In this document: positions 28,791 to 38,342 of the stretch, piece by piece
How the letters are laid out: every line of letters starts with the position of its first letter
Numbering within the stretch: the first letter of the stretch is position 1
Origin: an uncultured Fusobacterium sp.
GTDB lineage: Bacteria > Fusobacteriota > Fusobacteriia > Fusobacteriales > Fusobacteriaceae
DNA: 64,000 nucleotides
Direction of reading: 5' to 3'
NCBI GenBank assembly: GCA_963530445.1
Contig: CAUSCM010000002.1
Location: 16,229 to 80,228 of the forward strand
The notes under the pieces: model-generated
Database searches by the model: none
The model's input: the letters and a program-made list of their open reading frames with translations, nothing else
Told to the model about the DNA's origin: nothing
Translations under genes and position numbers: made by a program

Positions 28791-30696
28791 TGTTTATATC
28801 TTCTCCTATTCTGTCGTCTTCATTATCTTCTTGACCTAACTGAGCTGTAGAAGTATTAGAATTTTTTGGTGTTGCTGGTACATAGACTGGCTTTATTCCT
28901 TTTTCGATTTCTAAATACTTGTCTAAAAATCTTCTAGCCATTCCTCCAGCCATTACTCCACCACCACCTGCTCCCTCTAATAGACACACAAAAACTATTT
29001 CTGGTTCTTTATCTGCGGGAAAATATCCTGCAACCCAAGCATGTGTTTGTTTAGAGTGAGGGTTTTGAGCTGAACCACTTTTTGCTGCAACTTTAACATA
29101 AGGATTCTTTAAAATTCTTGTAGTTCCATTATTCTGTTCAACAGTTGCAATCAAGGCATCATTTATAATTTCATAGTATGAAGCTGGGTAGTCTTTTATT
29201 TCTTTTTTCTCTGTGACTACTTTTTCTTTTTTTTCTAATTCAATATCTTCAATTTCTGAAATTACATGTGGCTCATAAGCCCAACCTTTATTAGCTAAAA
29301 ACGAATAAGCTTTAGCTATTTGTATTGGAGTCACCAAAGTAAAACCTTGTCCTATTGAAAGAAGTATAGTATCTCCCCTGTACCAATTATTTTTAACTTT
29401 TTTCTTTTTCCAATCAGGATCAGGAATTATTCCACTTTTTTCTCCCGGAACATCTATACCTGTTTTTTCTCCTAATCCAAAAAATCTTGCAGCTTTTATA
29501 ATTGGACTTGCTCCTATTTGATCTGAATACTTGTAATAGTATGGGTTGGCAGATTCAACTAAAGATTTCTTCATATCAGTTGCTCCGTGTCCACCTCTTT
29601 TCCAAGCTCTCCATTTCCAGTTACCTATTTGATAATAACCAGTGTAGTCATTATATTTTTCTTTAGGGTCAATACCACTTTTTAAAAAAGACATAGCAAC
29701 AAAAGCTTTGAATATTGAACCTGGAGGATATTCTCCAGCTATACTTTTATTCGTTAAAATTTTTCTAGGATCTGTCGAAATTTTTTGCCATTCCTCTGTA
29801 GAAATTTGTGAACTAAATGTATTTAACGAATAAGTTGGATAACTAACTATAGTTACTATTTCTCCGGTCGAAGGCTTTACTGCAATAAAAGCTCCACTCC
29901 TATTATCTTTTTTAAACTCTTCTTCCATATATTGCTGTAAGTCAACATCTATACCCATGTATAAATTTTTACCTGCAACAGGATTTTTTACTTTATCTAC
30001 TTCTCTTTGTATTCTATTTAATGCGTTCACTTCAATATATTCATAACCACTTTTACCTCTTAAGACTACATCGTAAAATTTTTCTATCCCAGACTTTCCT
30101 ATCATGTCTCTAGGAGAATACCCTTCCTCTCTCAAAGTTTCGTATTCTTTTTCTGAAATTTTCTTTACATAGCCAATTGTATGAGAGGCAACTGTGTCAT
30201 ACAAATATTTTCTTTTCGAGTAAACTTGTACTTCTAAATAAGGGTAGTCTCCTACCATTTCCATTATTTTGTGTGCTTTTTCTTCTTCTAAATCTTCAAG
30301 AATAACATTATCCTTTGTATAAGGAAATATTTCTCCATTTTTTATTCTTTTTTGAATATAACTTTCATCTTTTTCAGTCAACTTAGCAATTTCTTTTATA
30401 TATTCCTCATTCTCTTCTCTACCTAAAGAATAAATAAGTCTGTACCCTATACCATTTGTTACAACCAATCTATTTTTCGAATCGAAAATTTTTCCTCTAG
30501 GAGGATCTATTTTTTTTAGTTTAAATTGATTTCTCTCAGCTAGGTAGGAATACTCATGTCCTCTAATAACTTGAAGATACAAGAGTCTTAAAAAAAGCAC
30601 TAAAAAACAAAGTAAAACCAATATTTGAAATATTCGTTCCCTTTCTTTTCTTTTTTCTCCTAATATAACTTTTCCTTTATATTTATTAAGTTTCAT
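28738..30696 (-). CDS. mrdA: Penicillin-binding protein 2 (elongasome transpeptidase)
   Basis: 652 aa with N-terminal TM, SxxK (PGSIFK), SxN-like and KSG(S) motifs. Acidic ~45-aa C-terminal tail. Confidence 0.88.
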   Translation of the reverse strand: MKLNKYKGKVILGEKRKERERIFQILVLLCFLVLFLRLLYLQVIRGHEYSYLAERNQFKLKKIDPPRGKIFDSKNRLVVTNGIGYRLIYSLGREENEEYIKEIAKLTEKDESYIQKRIKNGEIFPYTKDNVILEDLEEEKAHKIMEMVGDYPYLEVQVYSKRKYLYDTVASHTIGYVKKISEKEYETLREEGYSPRDMIGKSGIEKFYDVVLRGKSGYEYIEVNALNRIQREVDKVKNPVAGKNLYMGIDVDLQQYMEEEFKKDNRSGAFIAVKPSTGEIVTIVSYPTYSLNTFSSQISTEEWQKISTDPRKILTNKSIAGEYPPGSIFKAFVAMSFLKSGIDPKEKYNDYTGYYQIGNWKWRAWKRGGHGATDMKKSLVESANPYYYKYSDQIGASPIIKAARFFGLGEKTGIDVPGEKSGIIPDPDWKKKKVKNNWYRGDTILLSIGQGFTLVTPIQIAKAYSFLANKGWAYEPHVISEIEDIELEKKEKVVTEKKEIKDYPASYYEIINDALIATVEQNNGTTRILKNPYVKVAAKSGSAQNPHSKQTHAWVAGYFPADKEPEIVFVCLLEGAGGGGVMAGGMARRFLDKYLEIEKGIKPVYVPATPKNSNTSTAQLGQEDNEDDRIGEDINNEERETGNTSDVEGQEN

Positions 30697-31097
30697 TTAT
30701 TTTCCTTTTTGCTTTTCCCTGTGGCATAAAAATAATTTAAAATAATAAAACTTATTAGATTTACTAACAAATATATCAAGTCAAAACTTTTTAAAACAAA
30801 AATTAAATAAAAAGCAAGATCTAAAGCAGCCAAATAGAAAACAACTTTTTTACTATATTCAATATAACTAAATAAAAAATAATTAGCCGCAATAAAAGCT
30901 ACCAGTATAAATAAATTGAAAAAATATCTATCTGATTGTAATGAGATAAAAATATATGTTAGTAGCAAACAAAATGAGCTTCTTCGTTTACCTATTATAT
31001 AAGTTATAAATGGTAAACTAATAGCCATCAATTCCGAATCTAGTGGTAAGCTATTTTCAATAAAAATAAGAATCAAAGATACTATATCTATTATCAT
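30693..31097 (-). CDS. Small polytopic membrane protein, possibly MreD
   Basis: 134 aa with 4-5 TM. 4-nt overlap with the mrdA start. Assignment rests on position and topology only. Confidence 0.35.
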   Translation of the reverse strand: MIIDIVSLILIFIENSLPLDSELMAISLPFITYIIGKRRSSFCLLLTYIFISLQSDRYFFNLFILVAFIAANYFLFSYIEYSKKVVFYLAALDLAFYLIFVLKSFDLIYLLVNLISFIILNYFYATGKSKKENK

Positions 31098-31107
31098 TTT
31101 CTCATCT

Positions 31108-32088
31108 CTACTTTATAGTTATACCAATTCTATCTTTTAAATCATTATTTTCAACCATGTCATTAATACCTAAAATTTTTGCAAGTTTTTGAGCAATGAA
31201 ATAATCTTCTTTGTTGTATTCAACAATTGATTGTTCAGTACCATCTTTTTCAGATTGTTCTACAGTATTTTTATAACCAGCTTTTTTTAGTTGTTGTTCC
31301 GTATTTTTTATATTTTCTTTACTTCCATAAAGGTCTATCTTTAACTCGATATTTTTTTCGCTACCAAGTATTACAACAATATTAGCTAAAGTTGGAATAG
31401 AAGATTTCGTTCTTATTTTAAAATATTTTTCAGGAAGTTTATCTAAAATTTCGGCTGCCTTTTCTTTTGAAATATCATTTAAAACCACATAACTTTGATC
31501 AAGTGTAGTTTCATAGTTAGCTGCATTGTACTTCATACCCAAACTATTATGAATAAGTTCTCCAGTTTTTCTAGCATATCCACCTCTACCATTGGCATTT
31601 AAAACGTCAACTAAAAGATTTTCATTAAGCTGATCAACAGTATTTTTTTCATGATATAATTCTTTAAACATTGAATAAACACTCGAAGTCAAGATATATC
31701 TTTTTTCTCCTATATTAGTTTCTGGAATATTTTTTTCATTTTCTACTTCTAACTTCATCTCACCATTTTTTATAACTACATATCTATTAAGTTTTTCTGG
31801 TACGATTGAATTTATTTTTTCTAAAACATTTTCGTAATTTTTACTATCAACTAAATTTTGAATTGTCTCATCACTATCAACATAAAGTTCAAAAGGAATT
31901 TTTACAGCTAACTTATCTTCGTACACAGCAAATAAGTTTTGTTTACCAATAATTAACACCCTTTCTTCTTTTGTTAATTTAATACTATTTCCCCTAAAAT
32001 TAAAATATAAAAGAACTGCAAGTATTGCTATTAAAATTAAAATAAGAATTGATGAACGACCTTTCTTCTTCTTTTTCTTCTTTGCCAT
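31108..32088 (-). CDS. Membrane-anchored protein with two LytR_C-like domains
   Basis: Poly-Lys N-terminus and one TM. VDVLNANGRGGYARKTG... and a second similar C-terminal module. TAATG overlap with the mtaB stop. Confidence 0.45.
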   Translation of the reverse strand: MAKKKKKKKGRSSILILILIAILAVLLYFNFRGNSIKLTKEERVLIIGKQNLFAVYEDKLAVKIPFELYVDSDETIQNLVDSKNYENVLEKINSIVPEKLNRYVVIKNGEMKLEVENEKNIPETNIGEKRYILTSSVYSMFKELYHEKNTVDQLNENLLVDVLNANGRGGYARKTGELIHNSLGMKYNAANYETTLDQSYVVLNDISKEKAAEILDKLPEKYFKIRTKSSIPTLANIVVILGSEKNIELKIDLYGSKENIKNTEQQLKKAGYKNTVEQSEKDGTEQSIVEYNKEDYFIAQKLAKILGINDMVENNDLKDRIGITIK

Positions 32089-33398
32089 TAGTACATCTCC
32101 TTTTCGCCTATCAGCATATCGTCTTCTATTGATTTAATTTTTACATTTACCAAATGATTTATCAAATCTTTTTCACTTGATTTGAACCTAACTTTTAAAT
32201 AATTTTGAGTATAGCCTAAATATTCTCCATCTTTTTCTTCCTCAACTAGAACTTCTAAAAATTTATTCAAATATTTTTCTCTACTTTTTTTCATCATAAT
32301 AAGTCTTAGCTCTCCAAGTTTATCTGCTCTTTCTTTTTTAGTTTTAGCATCGACTTTTCCATCCATATTACTCGCTATCGTTCCCTCTCTATCTGAATAT
32401 GGAAAAATATGTAACCCTGAAAATTCTATCTCATCAATGACATTATAAGTATTTTTAAACATTGTCTCATCCTCTTTTGGAAAACCTACTATAACATCCG
32501 CAGTAAACTCCATATCTGAAACAACATTTTTTAACTTCAATAAACTTTTTCTTATAAGTTCACTTCCATAATTTCTTCGCATATTTTTCAATACTGTATC
32601 ATCACAAGATTGTAATGATATATGTAAGTGAGGCATAAGATTTTTATTTTCAAATAGTTTTACAAATTTATCCGTTATTTTATCTGGATAGACAGAACCT
32701 ATTCTAACTCTTTTAAGTCCATCAATTTTTAAAATTTCTTCGAGCAAATTATCGAAACTATCTTTTTCTTCAAAATCCTCTCCGTAAGCACTCAAATCAA
32801 TTCCAATTAAAATAACTTCTTTAAAACCATCATCTACTAATTTTTTTATTTCTTTCAATATATTTTCTTTTTTTCTTGATCTACTCTTACCTCTAGCAAA
32901 AGGTATCTTACAATACGAACAAAAATGATTGCAACCATCTTGAATTTTGACATAGGCTCTTGTCATTTCTCTAAGAGTTGCAAATTCATATTCCTGATAT
33001 TCTTTCTCTTGGAAAATATTTCCATTTTTTTCTCTTTCAAAACTTATATCTTCAATAGCTCCCACAAAGTTCACTATATTGCTTTTATTTTTATTATCTA
33101 TAACAAAATCTACATCTTCTATTTCTAAAATTTCTCTACTATTTGTTTGAGCATAACACCCTGTCACTATAACCTTAGCATTGGGATTTATTTTTTTTGC
33201 TCTTCTCAACATATTTCTAGTTTTTCTATCTGCAATACTTGTAACTGTACAAGAATTTATTATGTATATATCAGATTGCTCTTCAAAAGAAACTTCTTCA
33301 TATCCTCTTTGTATTAATTGATTTTTTATACTTTCTGTCTCGTATTGATTAACCTTACAACCTAGGGTATGAAAAGCAACCTTTTTAGAAAAATTCAT
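32088..33398 (-). CDS. mtaB: tRNA methylthiotransferase MtaB (radical SAM, MiaB family)
   Basis: 436 aa. N-terminal UPF0004 cysteines, radical SAM CNHFCSYC, C-terminal TRAM. Confidence 0.85.
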   Translation of the reverse strand: MNFSKKVAFHTLGCKVNQYETESIKNQLIQRGYEEVSFEEQSDIYIINSCTVTSIADRKTRNMLRRAKKINPNAKVIVTGCYAQTNSREILEIEDVDFVIDNKNKSNIVNFVGAIEDISFEREKNGNIFQEKEYQEYEFATLREMTRAYVKIQDGCNHFCSYCKIPFARGKSRSRKKENILKEIKKLVDDGFKEVILIGIDLSAYGEDFEEKDSFDNLLEEILKIDGLKRVRIGSVYPDKITDKFVKLFENKNLMPHLHISLQSCDDTVLKNMRRNYGSELIRKSLLKLKNVVSDMEFTADVIVGFPKEDETMFKNTYNVIDEIEFSGLHIFPYSDREGTIASNMDGKVDAKTKKERADKLGELRLIMMKKSREKYLNKFLEVLVEEEKDGEYLGYTQNYLKVRFKSSEKDLINHLVNVKIKSIEDDMLIGEKEMY

Positions 33399-34092
33399 TT
33401 ATTATTACTCCTCCTGTAACTATTGCTGCCGTTTCTGCCCTCAATATTCTTTTTCCTAAGCTTACAATTTTAGCTCCATTATTTTTTAAATTTTCTATTT
33501 CTTTTTCTTCAAAGCCTCCCTCTGGACCAATTACATATAAAATTTTTTTCGGTCTCACAGTTAAACTTTTAAAAATATTTTTTATATATAAATTTTCTTC
33601 ATTTTCATAAGGGACTATTATTAAGTCATATTCTTTCAAATTTAAATTTTCAATTTTTTTAATTTCATCAATAATAGTTGGAGCTACTGCTTGACATTGT
33701 TTCATAGCCTCTTTCGAAATCAAGTCCCATCTATCTTTTTTTCTATCCAATTTAACAACACATCTCTTTGTAGATAATGGAATTATTTTAGATACTCCGA
33801 TTTCTGTCAATTTTTGTATTGTTAAATCCATTTTATCTCCCTTTAGTATTGAAATGGCTGCTTCAAGTTCAACCTCTAAAGAAAAATTATCTTCAACTTT
33901 TTCTAAAACTTTTAATTTTATTTCTTTGTCATCTATAAATTCAATTTCACAAAGATATTCACAATTGCCATCAACAGCTCTTAAGATATCCCCTTTTACT
34001 TTTCTAAAAACATTTTTTATATGATTGATATCATTAGGATCAACAACTAAAATATAATCATCAAAAACATTATTTACGACAACACTCAACAA
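33385..34092 (-). CDS. rsmE: 16S rRNA (uracil1498-N3)-methyltransferase
   Basis: 235 aa SPOUT fold (IGPEGGF...E). Overlaps the mtaB start. Confidence 0.85.
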   Translation of the reverse strand: MLSVVVNNVFDDYILVVDPNDINHIKNVFRKVKGDILRAVDGNCEYLCEIEFIDDKEIKLKVLEKVEDNFSLEVELEAAISILKGDKMDLTIQKLTEIGVSKIIPLSTKRCVVKLDRKKDRWDLISKEAMKQCQAVAPTIIDEIKKIENLNLKEYDLIIVPYENEENLYIKNIFKSLTVRPKKILYVIGPEGGFEEKEIENLKNNGAKIVSLGKRILRAETAAIVTGGVIINEFF

Positions 34093-34101
34093 CTTTCTCT
34101 C

Positions 34102-34527
34102 CTATATTCTTTTACCATTTTTTATAAAATCAGCCAGTGAAGTATCAGATAAAATTTTAGTCATAGCCCTATCAAGTTTGCTCCAGATGCAAGTCTCTCC
34201 ACAATTATCTTCTTTACAACTATGTTGCTTATCTCCACCTAGCTCATTACAATCTATAACTTTTTCTTCGTCATCCAAAATTTTATAAATAGTATATAAA
34301 TTTATTTCTTGAGGTTCTAAAGCTAATTTGTACCCACCTGTAGGTCCTCTCTTTCCCTCAATAATATTTTCATTTTTTAATTTAAAAAGTATTTGTTCTA
34401 AATATTGAACTGATATATCTTGATCTTCAGAAATTTCTTTAATCCTGACTAATTTTTTTTCAGTAGCATTCTCTGCTATATAAGCCAAAGCTTTCAAGCC
34501 ATACCTAACTTTCGTGTTTATTTTCAT
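34102..34527 (-). CDS. Rrf2-family transcriptional regulator (IscR/CymR-like)
   Basis: 141 aa. Winged HTH ([14 protein letters not shown]...) and a Cys cluster near the C-terminus. Confidence 0.85.
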   Translation of the reverse strand: MKINTKVRYGLKALAYIAENATEKKLVRIKEISEDQDISVQYLEQILFKLKNENIIEGKRGPTGGYKLALEPQEINLYTIYKILDDEEKVIDCNELGGDKQHSCKEDNCGETCIWSKLDRAMTKILSDTSLADFIKNGKRI

Positions 34528-35521
34528 TTTCTACCTCTTCTTTCTTAAAATGTTGATATGCTTTAGGAGTAACTACTCTTCCTCTATGAGTCCTTTTTAA
34601 AAATCCTACTTTTACTAAATAAGGTTCATAAACTTCTTCTAAAGTTCTTCTATCTTCTCCTAGCAAGAGAGACAAAGTTTCGATACCAACAGGTCCTCCG
34701 TCATAATTTTCGATAATTGAATTTATAATATTTCTATCCAACTCATCCAAACCATAACTATCTACGCCCAACAAGTCCAAAGCGTTTTTAGCATTTGTTT
34801 TATCAATCGTTCCATTTCCTTTTATATCACAATAATCTCTAACTCTTTTTAAAAGTCTATTTGCAATTCTCGGAGTTCCTCTACTTCTTTTTGAAATTTC
34901 ACAAGCTCCTTCTTCACTAATTTTCACACCTAAAATTTTAGCACCTCGGATTACAATTTTTTTTATTTCGTCTTCATTGTAATATTCCATTTTGTGACTC
35001 ACACCAAATCTATCTCTTAAAGGAGCAGATAAAAGTCCTGCACGTGTTGTTGCTCCGATCAAAGTGAAAGGTGGTAGCTCAATTCTTAATGATTTTGCAG
35101 AAGGTCCTTTTCCAATTATTATGTCAAGCATACCGTCTTCCATTGCAGGATATAAAATTTCTTCTACAGTATTATTAAGTCTATGAATTTCATCAATGAA
35201 TAAAATATCATTTTCTTCAAGTGAAGTTAAAATTGCTGCAAGATCTCCTGCTTTTTCAAGTATCGGTCCAGAAGTTATTTTTAAATTTGCTTTCATTTCA
35301 TTTGCAATTACTCCAGCTAATGTTGTTTTTCCTAATCCTGGAGGTCCATAAAGCAAAATATGATCCACTGTCATATTTCTTTTTTGAGCAGCTTTTATAG
35401 AGATATTCATTTTTTCTTTTAAATTTTCTTGCCCTATGTATTCAGAAAAACTTTTTGGTCTTAGTGACTTTTGAATTTCTATTTCATTAGGCATTTCTAA
35501 ATCAGATATTATACGTTCCAT
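34505..35521 (-). CDS. ruvB: Holliday junction branch migration helicase RuvB
   Basis: 338 aa. Walker [18 protein letters not shown], and a winged-helix C-terminus. Confidence 0.95.
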   Translation of the reverse strand: MERIISDLEMPNEIEIQKSLRPKSFSEYIGQENLKEKMNISIKAAQKRNMTVDHILLYGPPGLGKTTLAGVIANEMKANLKITSGPILEKAGDLAAILTSLEENDILFIDEIHRLNNTVEEILYPAMEDGMLDIIIGKGPSAKSLRIELPPFTLIGATTRAGLLSAPLRDRFGVSHKMEYYNEDEIKKIVIRGAKILGVKISEEGACEISKRSRGTPRIANRLLKRVRDYCDIKGNGTIDKTNAKNALDLLGVDSYGLDELDRNIINSIIENYDGGPVGIETLSLLLGEDRRTLEEVYEPYLVKVGFLKRTHRGRVVTPKAYQHFKKEEVENENKHES

Positions 35522-35529
35522 TTCTACCT

Positions 35530-36132
35530 CTATATAAATTTAAAAATAAAATATTCCAAGACTCCGATTATTCCTCCTAGAACAGCACCTATAATTTCAA
35601 TGTGTTTCAATTCTTTTTTAGCAAGATAAATAATTATTTCTTCTAATTTATCAAGAGAAAAATTAGAAATTTTTTCAGCTATTATTTTTGCGAAATCAAT
35701 ATTGTCTTCAGCATAACTTGTAAAAATATTAAAAATATTTTCTTGATTTTCCATAACCATAGATTTTATTCCATCAGCAATGCTAGCCACTATATTATCT
35801 GTGATAAACATAGCCATCATCCCCGGAACGATTTCTTTGATTTTACTTTTTAAATTTTTTTCTAAAATTTCATCGACTAAACTTTCTAATTTTTTTGAAA
35901 ATTCTTTTTTATCGATATTATTCACAACATCTTTTATAGAAATTAATTCATTTTGAATTACATTTGCAATTCCATTTCCAATCTCTGCTTTTCTTTTTGG
36001 AATAAGTCCTTGAATTTTAAAAAATCCGAAATTAATTTCTTTATGTGGTCTGAATAACATTTTTATAGCTATGTAATTTGTAATCCAACCAATGGCAGCT
36101 GAAGTTAAAATTACAAAAATTAATTGTTTCAT
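35530..36132 (-). CDS. DUF445-family membrane protein
   Basis: 200 aa. N-terminal TM plus [14 protein letters not shown] motif and a C-terminal TM. Confidence 0.6.
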   Translation of the reverse strand: MKQLIFVILTSAAIGWITNYIAIKMLFRPHKEINFGFFKIQGLIPKRKAEIGNGIANVIQNELISIKDVVNNIDKKEFSKKLESLVDEILEKNLKSKIKEIVPGMMAMFITDNIVASIADGIKSMVMENQENIFNIFTSYAEDNIDFAKIIAEKISNFSLDKLEEIIIYLAKKELKHIEIIGAVLGGIIGVLEYFIFKFI

Positions 36133-36337
36133 AATTGCACCTACTACATTTTATAATCTTGATTATTTTATCATATTTTACAATAAATTTAAATCTTTAA
36201 TTTTTTTCTAAACTTTTAAAAAATATTTATACTAAAAAGATATTTTATATGATAAGATGTATAGTATAAAGTTATATGTTATTAAATTCATACAAATAAT
36301 TATATTAATTTTAAAAAATTTTTTGGAGGTAATTTTT

Positions 36338-36802
36338 ATGTCAACACTTTATATTAAAGTTTTAAGTGATTATTATCATCATATCATTGGAGATTTAAAA
36401 GAAGATAGAAAAAAATTTTTAGAAGATTTTTATTCTTACATTTTAGAAAAAGATGAATACGGATATGAACCTTTTTTAGACGAAGAACTTTTACGTATAA
36501 ATTATCTTATAAAACAAATTTCCATCGGAGCTGAAGGAATGAGTTTGGAAGAATTTTTCAAATTAATATCTTGGTACAAAGATGATTCTTGGTCAAACGG
36601 AGAAATTTTTGAATATTTCCTATATCATAAAAAAGGAAAAGAAATAAAAATAATTTTTGACATTCACTCCATTTCTGAAAATAAAATTATTTTTTTACAA
36701 GAACTAGATAGTTTTTTAAATTCAAAGGGAAAGGTTTTGAAATTTTTTAATGCTCACAATGGTAAGTATCAAAGTTTAAAAGAAATTTTATGTTTTTTAT
36801 AA
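36338..36802 (+). CDS. Hypothetical cytoplasmic protein, no family recognised
   Basis: GGAGG RBS lies 8 nt before the ATG at 36338 (MSTLYIKVL...). The ORF track extends to 36257 but that part lacks an RBS. Confidence 0.5.
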   Translation: MSTLYIKVLSDYYHHIIGDLKEDRKKFLEDFYSYILEKDEYGYEPFLDEELLRINYLIKQISIGAEGMSLEEFFKLISWYKDDSWSNGEIFEYFLYHKKGKEIKIIFDIHSISENKIIFLQELDSFLNSKGKVLKFFNAHNGKYQSLKEILCFL

Positions 36803-36912
36803 AATTTTAATCTAATTACAAATTACTAAATCAGCTTGTAAGTGCATTTTAATTTTTTTTATGATAAAATAAATTAAGTAGAATAAAATTAAATAAAAAT
36901 GAGGAGGATATT

Positions 36913-38202
36913 ATGGATAAAATAAAATTAGCAAAACATTTGATAGATTTTATTGATGAAAGTCCATCAAATTATTTTGCCTGCATATCGGCACAAGAAT
37001 TATTGATTGAAAAAGGATTTACAGAACTATCAGAAGCAGAAGATTGGAAATTAAAAAAAGGTGGAAAATATTTTACACTGATCAATGATAGTGGATTAGT
37101 TGCTTTTACTATAGGTAGTGAAAAAATTTCTAAAGTGGGATATAAAATTGCAGCATCTCACACAGATAGTCCAGGATTTTTAATTAAACCAAACCCAGAA
37201 ATAAATAAAAAAGGTTATAACGTTTTAAATACAGAAGTATATGGAGGACCTGTTTTATACACTTGGTTCGATAGACCTTTATCATTTAGTGGAAGAGTAT
37301 TTGTTGAAGGGAAAGATGCTTTCAAACCTCAAAAATATTTTATAAACTATGACAAAGATTTATTTATAATACCATCGTTATGTATACATCAAAATAGAGG
37401 AGTAAATGATGGCTTCTCAATAAATCCACAAAAAGATACCTTACCTTTAGTGACAATAACAGGAGAAAATGAAAAATTTTCATTAAAAAAACTTCTAGCT
37501 GATGAGTTAGGAGTGAAAGAAGATAAAATTTTAAGTTACGATTTGAGTTTACATTCGAGAGAAAAAGGTTGCTTTGTAGGAGCTAATCAAGAATTTGTTT
37601 CTGTGGGAAGGCTTGATAATTTAGCTGCATTTCATGCAGGGCTTATGTCTTTAGTAGATAACAAAGATAAAAAAAATACTTGTATTGTCATGGGCTATGA
37701 TAATGAAGAAATTGGATCGAATTCAATTCAAGGAGCAGACAGTCCAACTTTAAAAAATATATTAGAAAGAATTTCAAATGCTATGGGATTAAATTTGGAA
37801 GAACACCAACAAGCAGTTGTAAATTCATTCGTAATTTCAAATGATGCTGCACATTCAATTCATCCTAATTATTTAGAAAAATCTGACCCTACTAACGAAC
37901 CAAAAATGAATGGTGGACCTGTTGTAAAAATGGCAGCTAATAAATCATATATAACAGATGGATATTCAAGAGCAGTTTTAGAAAAATTAGCAAGAGAAGT
38001 GAAAGTTCCATTACAAACTTTTGTAAATCGTTCAGATGTCAAAGGCGGATCAACAATAGGACCTATTTTACAATCTCAACTTAGAATTTTAGGAATAGAT
38101 ATTGGAAGCCCTTTACTATCTATGCACTCTGTAAGAGAATTAGGTGGAGTTGACGATCATTTTTATCTATACAAACTAATTGGAGAATTTTTTAAATATT
38201 AA
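36913..38202 (+). CDS. M18-family aminopeptidase
   Basis: 429 aa. AASHTDSPG, RLDNL, DNEEIGS, and a HSxREL C-terminus. RBS GAGGAGGA. Confidence 0.88.
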   Translation: MDKIKLAKHLIDFIDESPSNYFACISAQELLIEKGFTELSEAEDWKLKKGGKYFTLINDSGLVAFTIGSEKISKVGYKIAASHTDSPGFLIKPNPEINKKGYNVLNTEVYGGPVLYTWFDRPLSFSGRVFVEGKDAFKPQKYFINYDKDLFIIPSLCIHQNRGVNDGFSINPQKDTLPLVTITGENEKFSLKKLLADELGVKEDKILSYDLSLHSREKGCFVGANQEFVSVGRLDNLAAFHAGLMSLVDNKDKKNTCIVMGYDNEEIGSNSIQGADSPTLKNILERISNAMGLNLEEHQQAVVNSFVISNDAAHSIHPNYLEKSDPTNEPKMNGGPVVKMAANKSYITDGYSRAVLEKLAREVKVPLQTFVNRSDVKGGSTIGPILQSQLRILGIDIGSPLLSMHSVRELGGVDDHFYLYKLIGEFFKY

Positions 38203-38215
38203 TAAAAATTTTTTT

Positions 38216-38248
38216 GACGGCGTCGGTCTTTCCGACGTCTTCTTTTTT
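38216..38248 (+). terminator. Intrinsic terminator (hairpin family copy 5)
   Basis: gacggcgtcgg / ccgacgtcttc, loop TCTTT, then T6. Confidence 0.7.
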
Positions 38249-38342
38249 ATTTAATAATTATAAAAAATATATTAAAAGTACTTTTTAATATGTTATAATT
38301 TTAGAAATAATAATAATATTTGAGAATTTTAAAGAGGAAAAA

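Noticed and set aside
36257-36337. N-terminal extensions offered by the ORF track (also 46310-46372, 54486-54551, 20052-20093, 20935-20961)
   Set aside because: The extensions are hydrophobic or low-complexity read-through of promoter regions with no RBS. Internal ATGs are preceded by GGAGG-type RBSs and match the conserved N-termini of the families.
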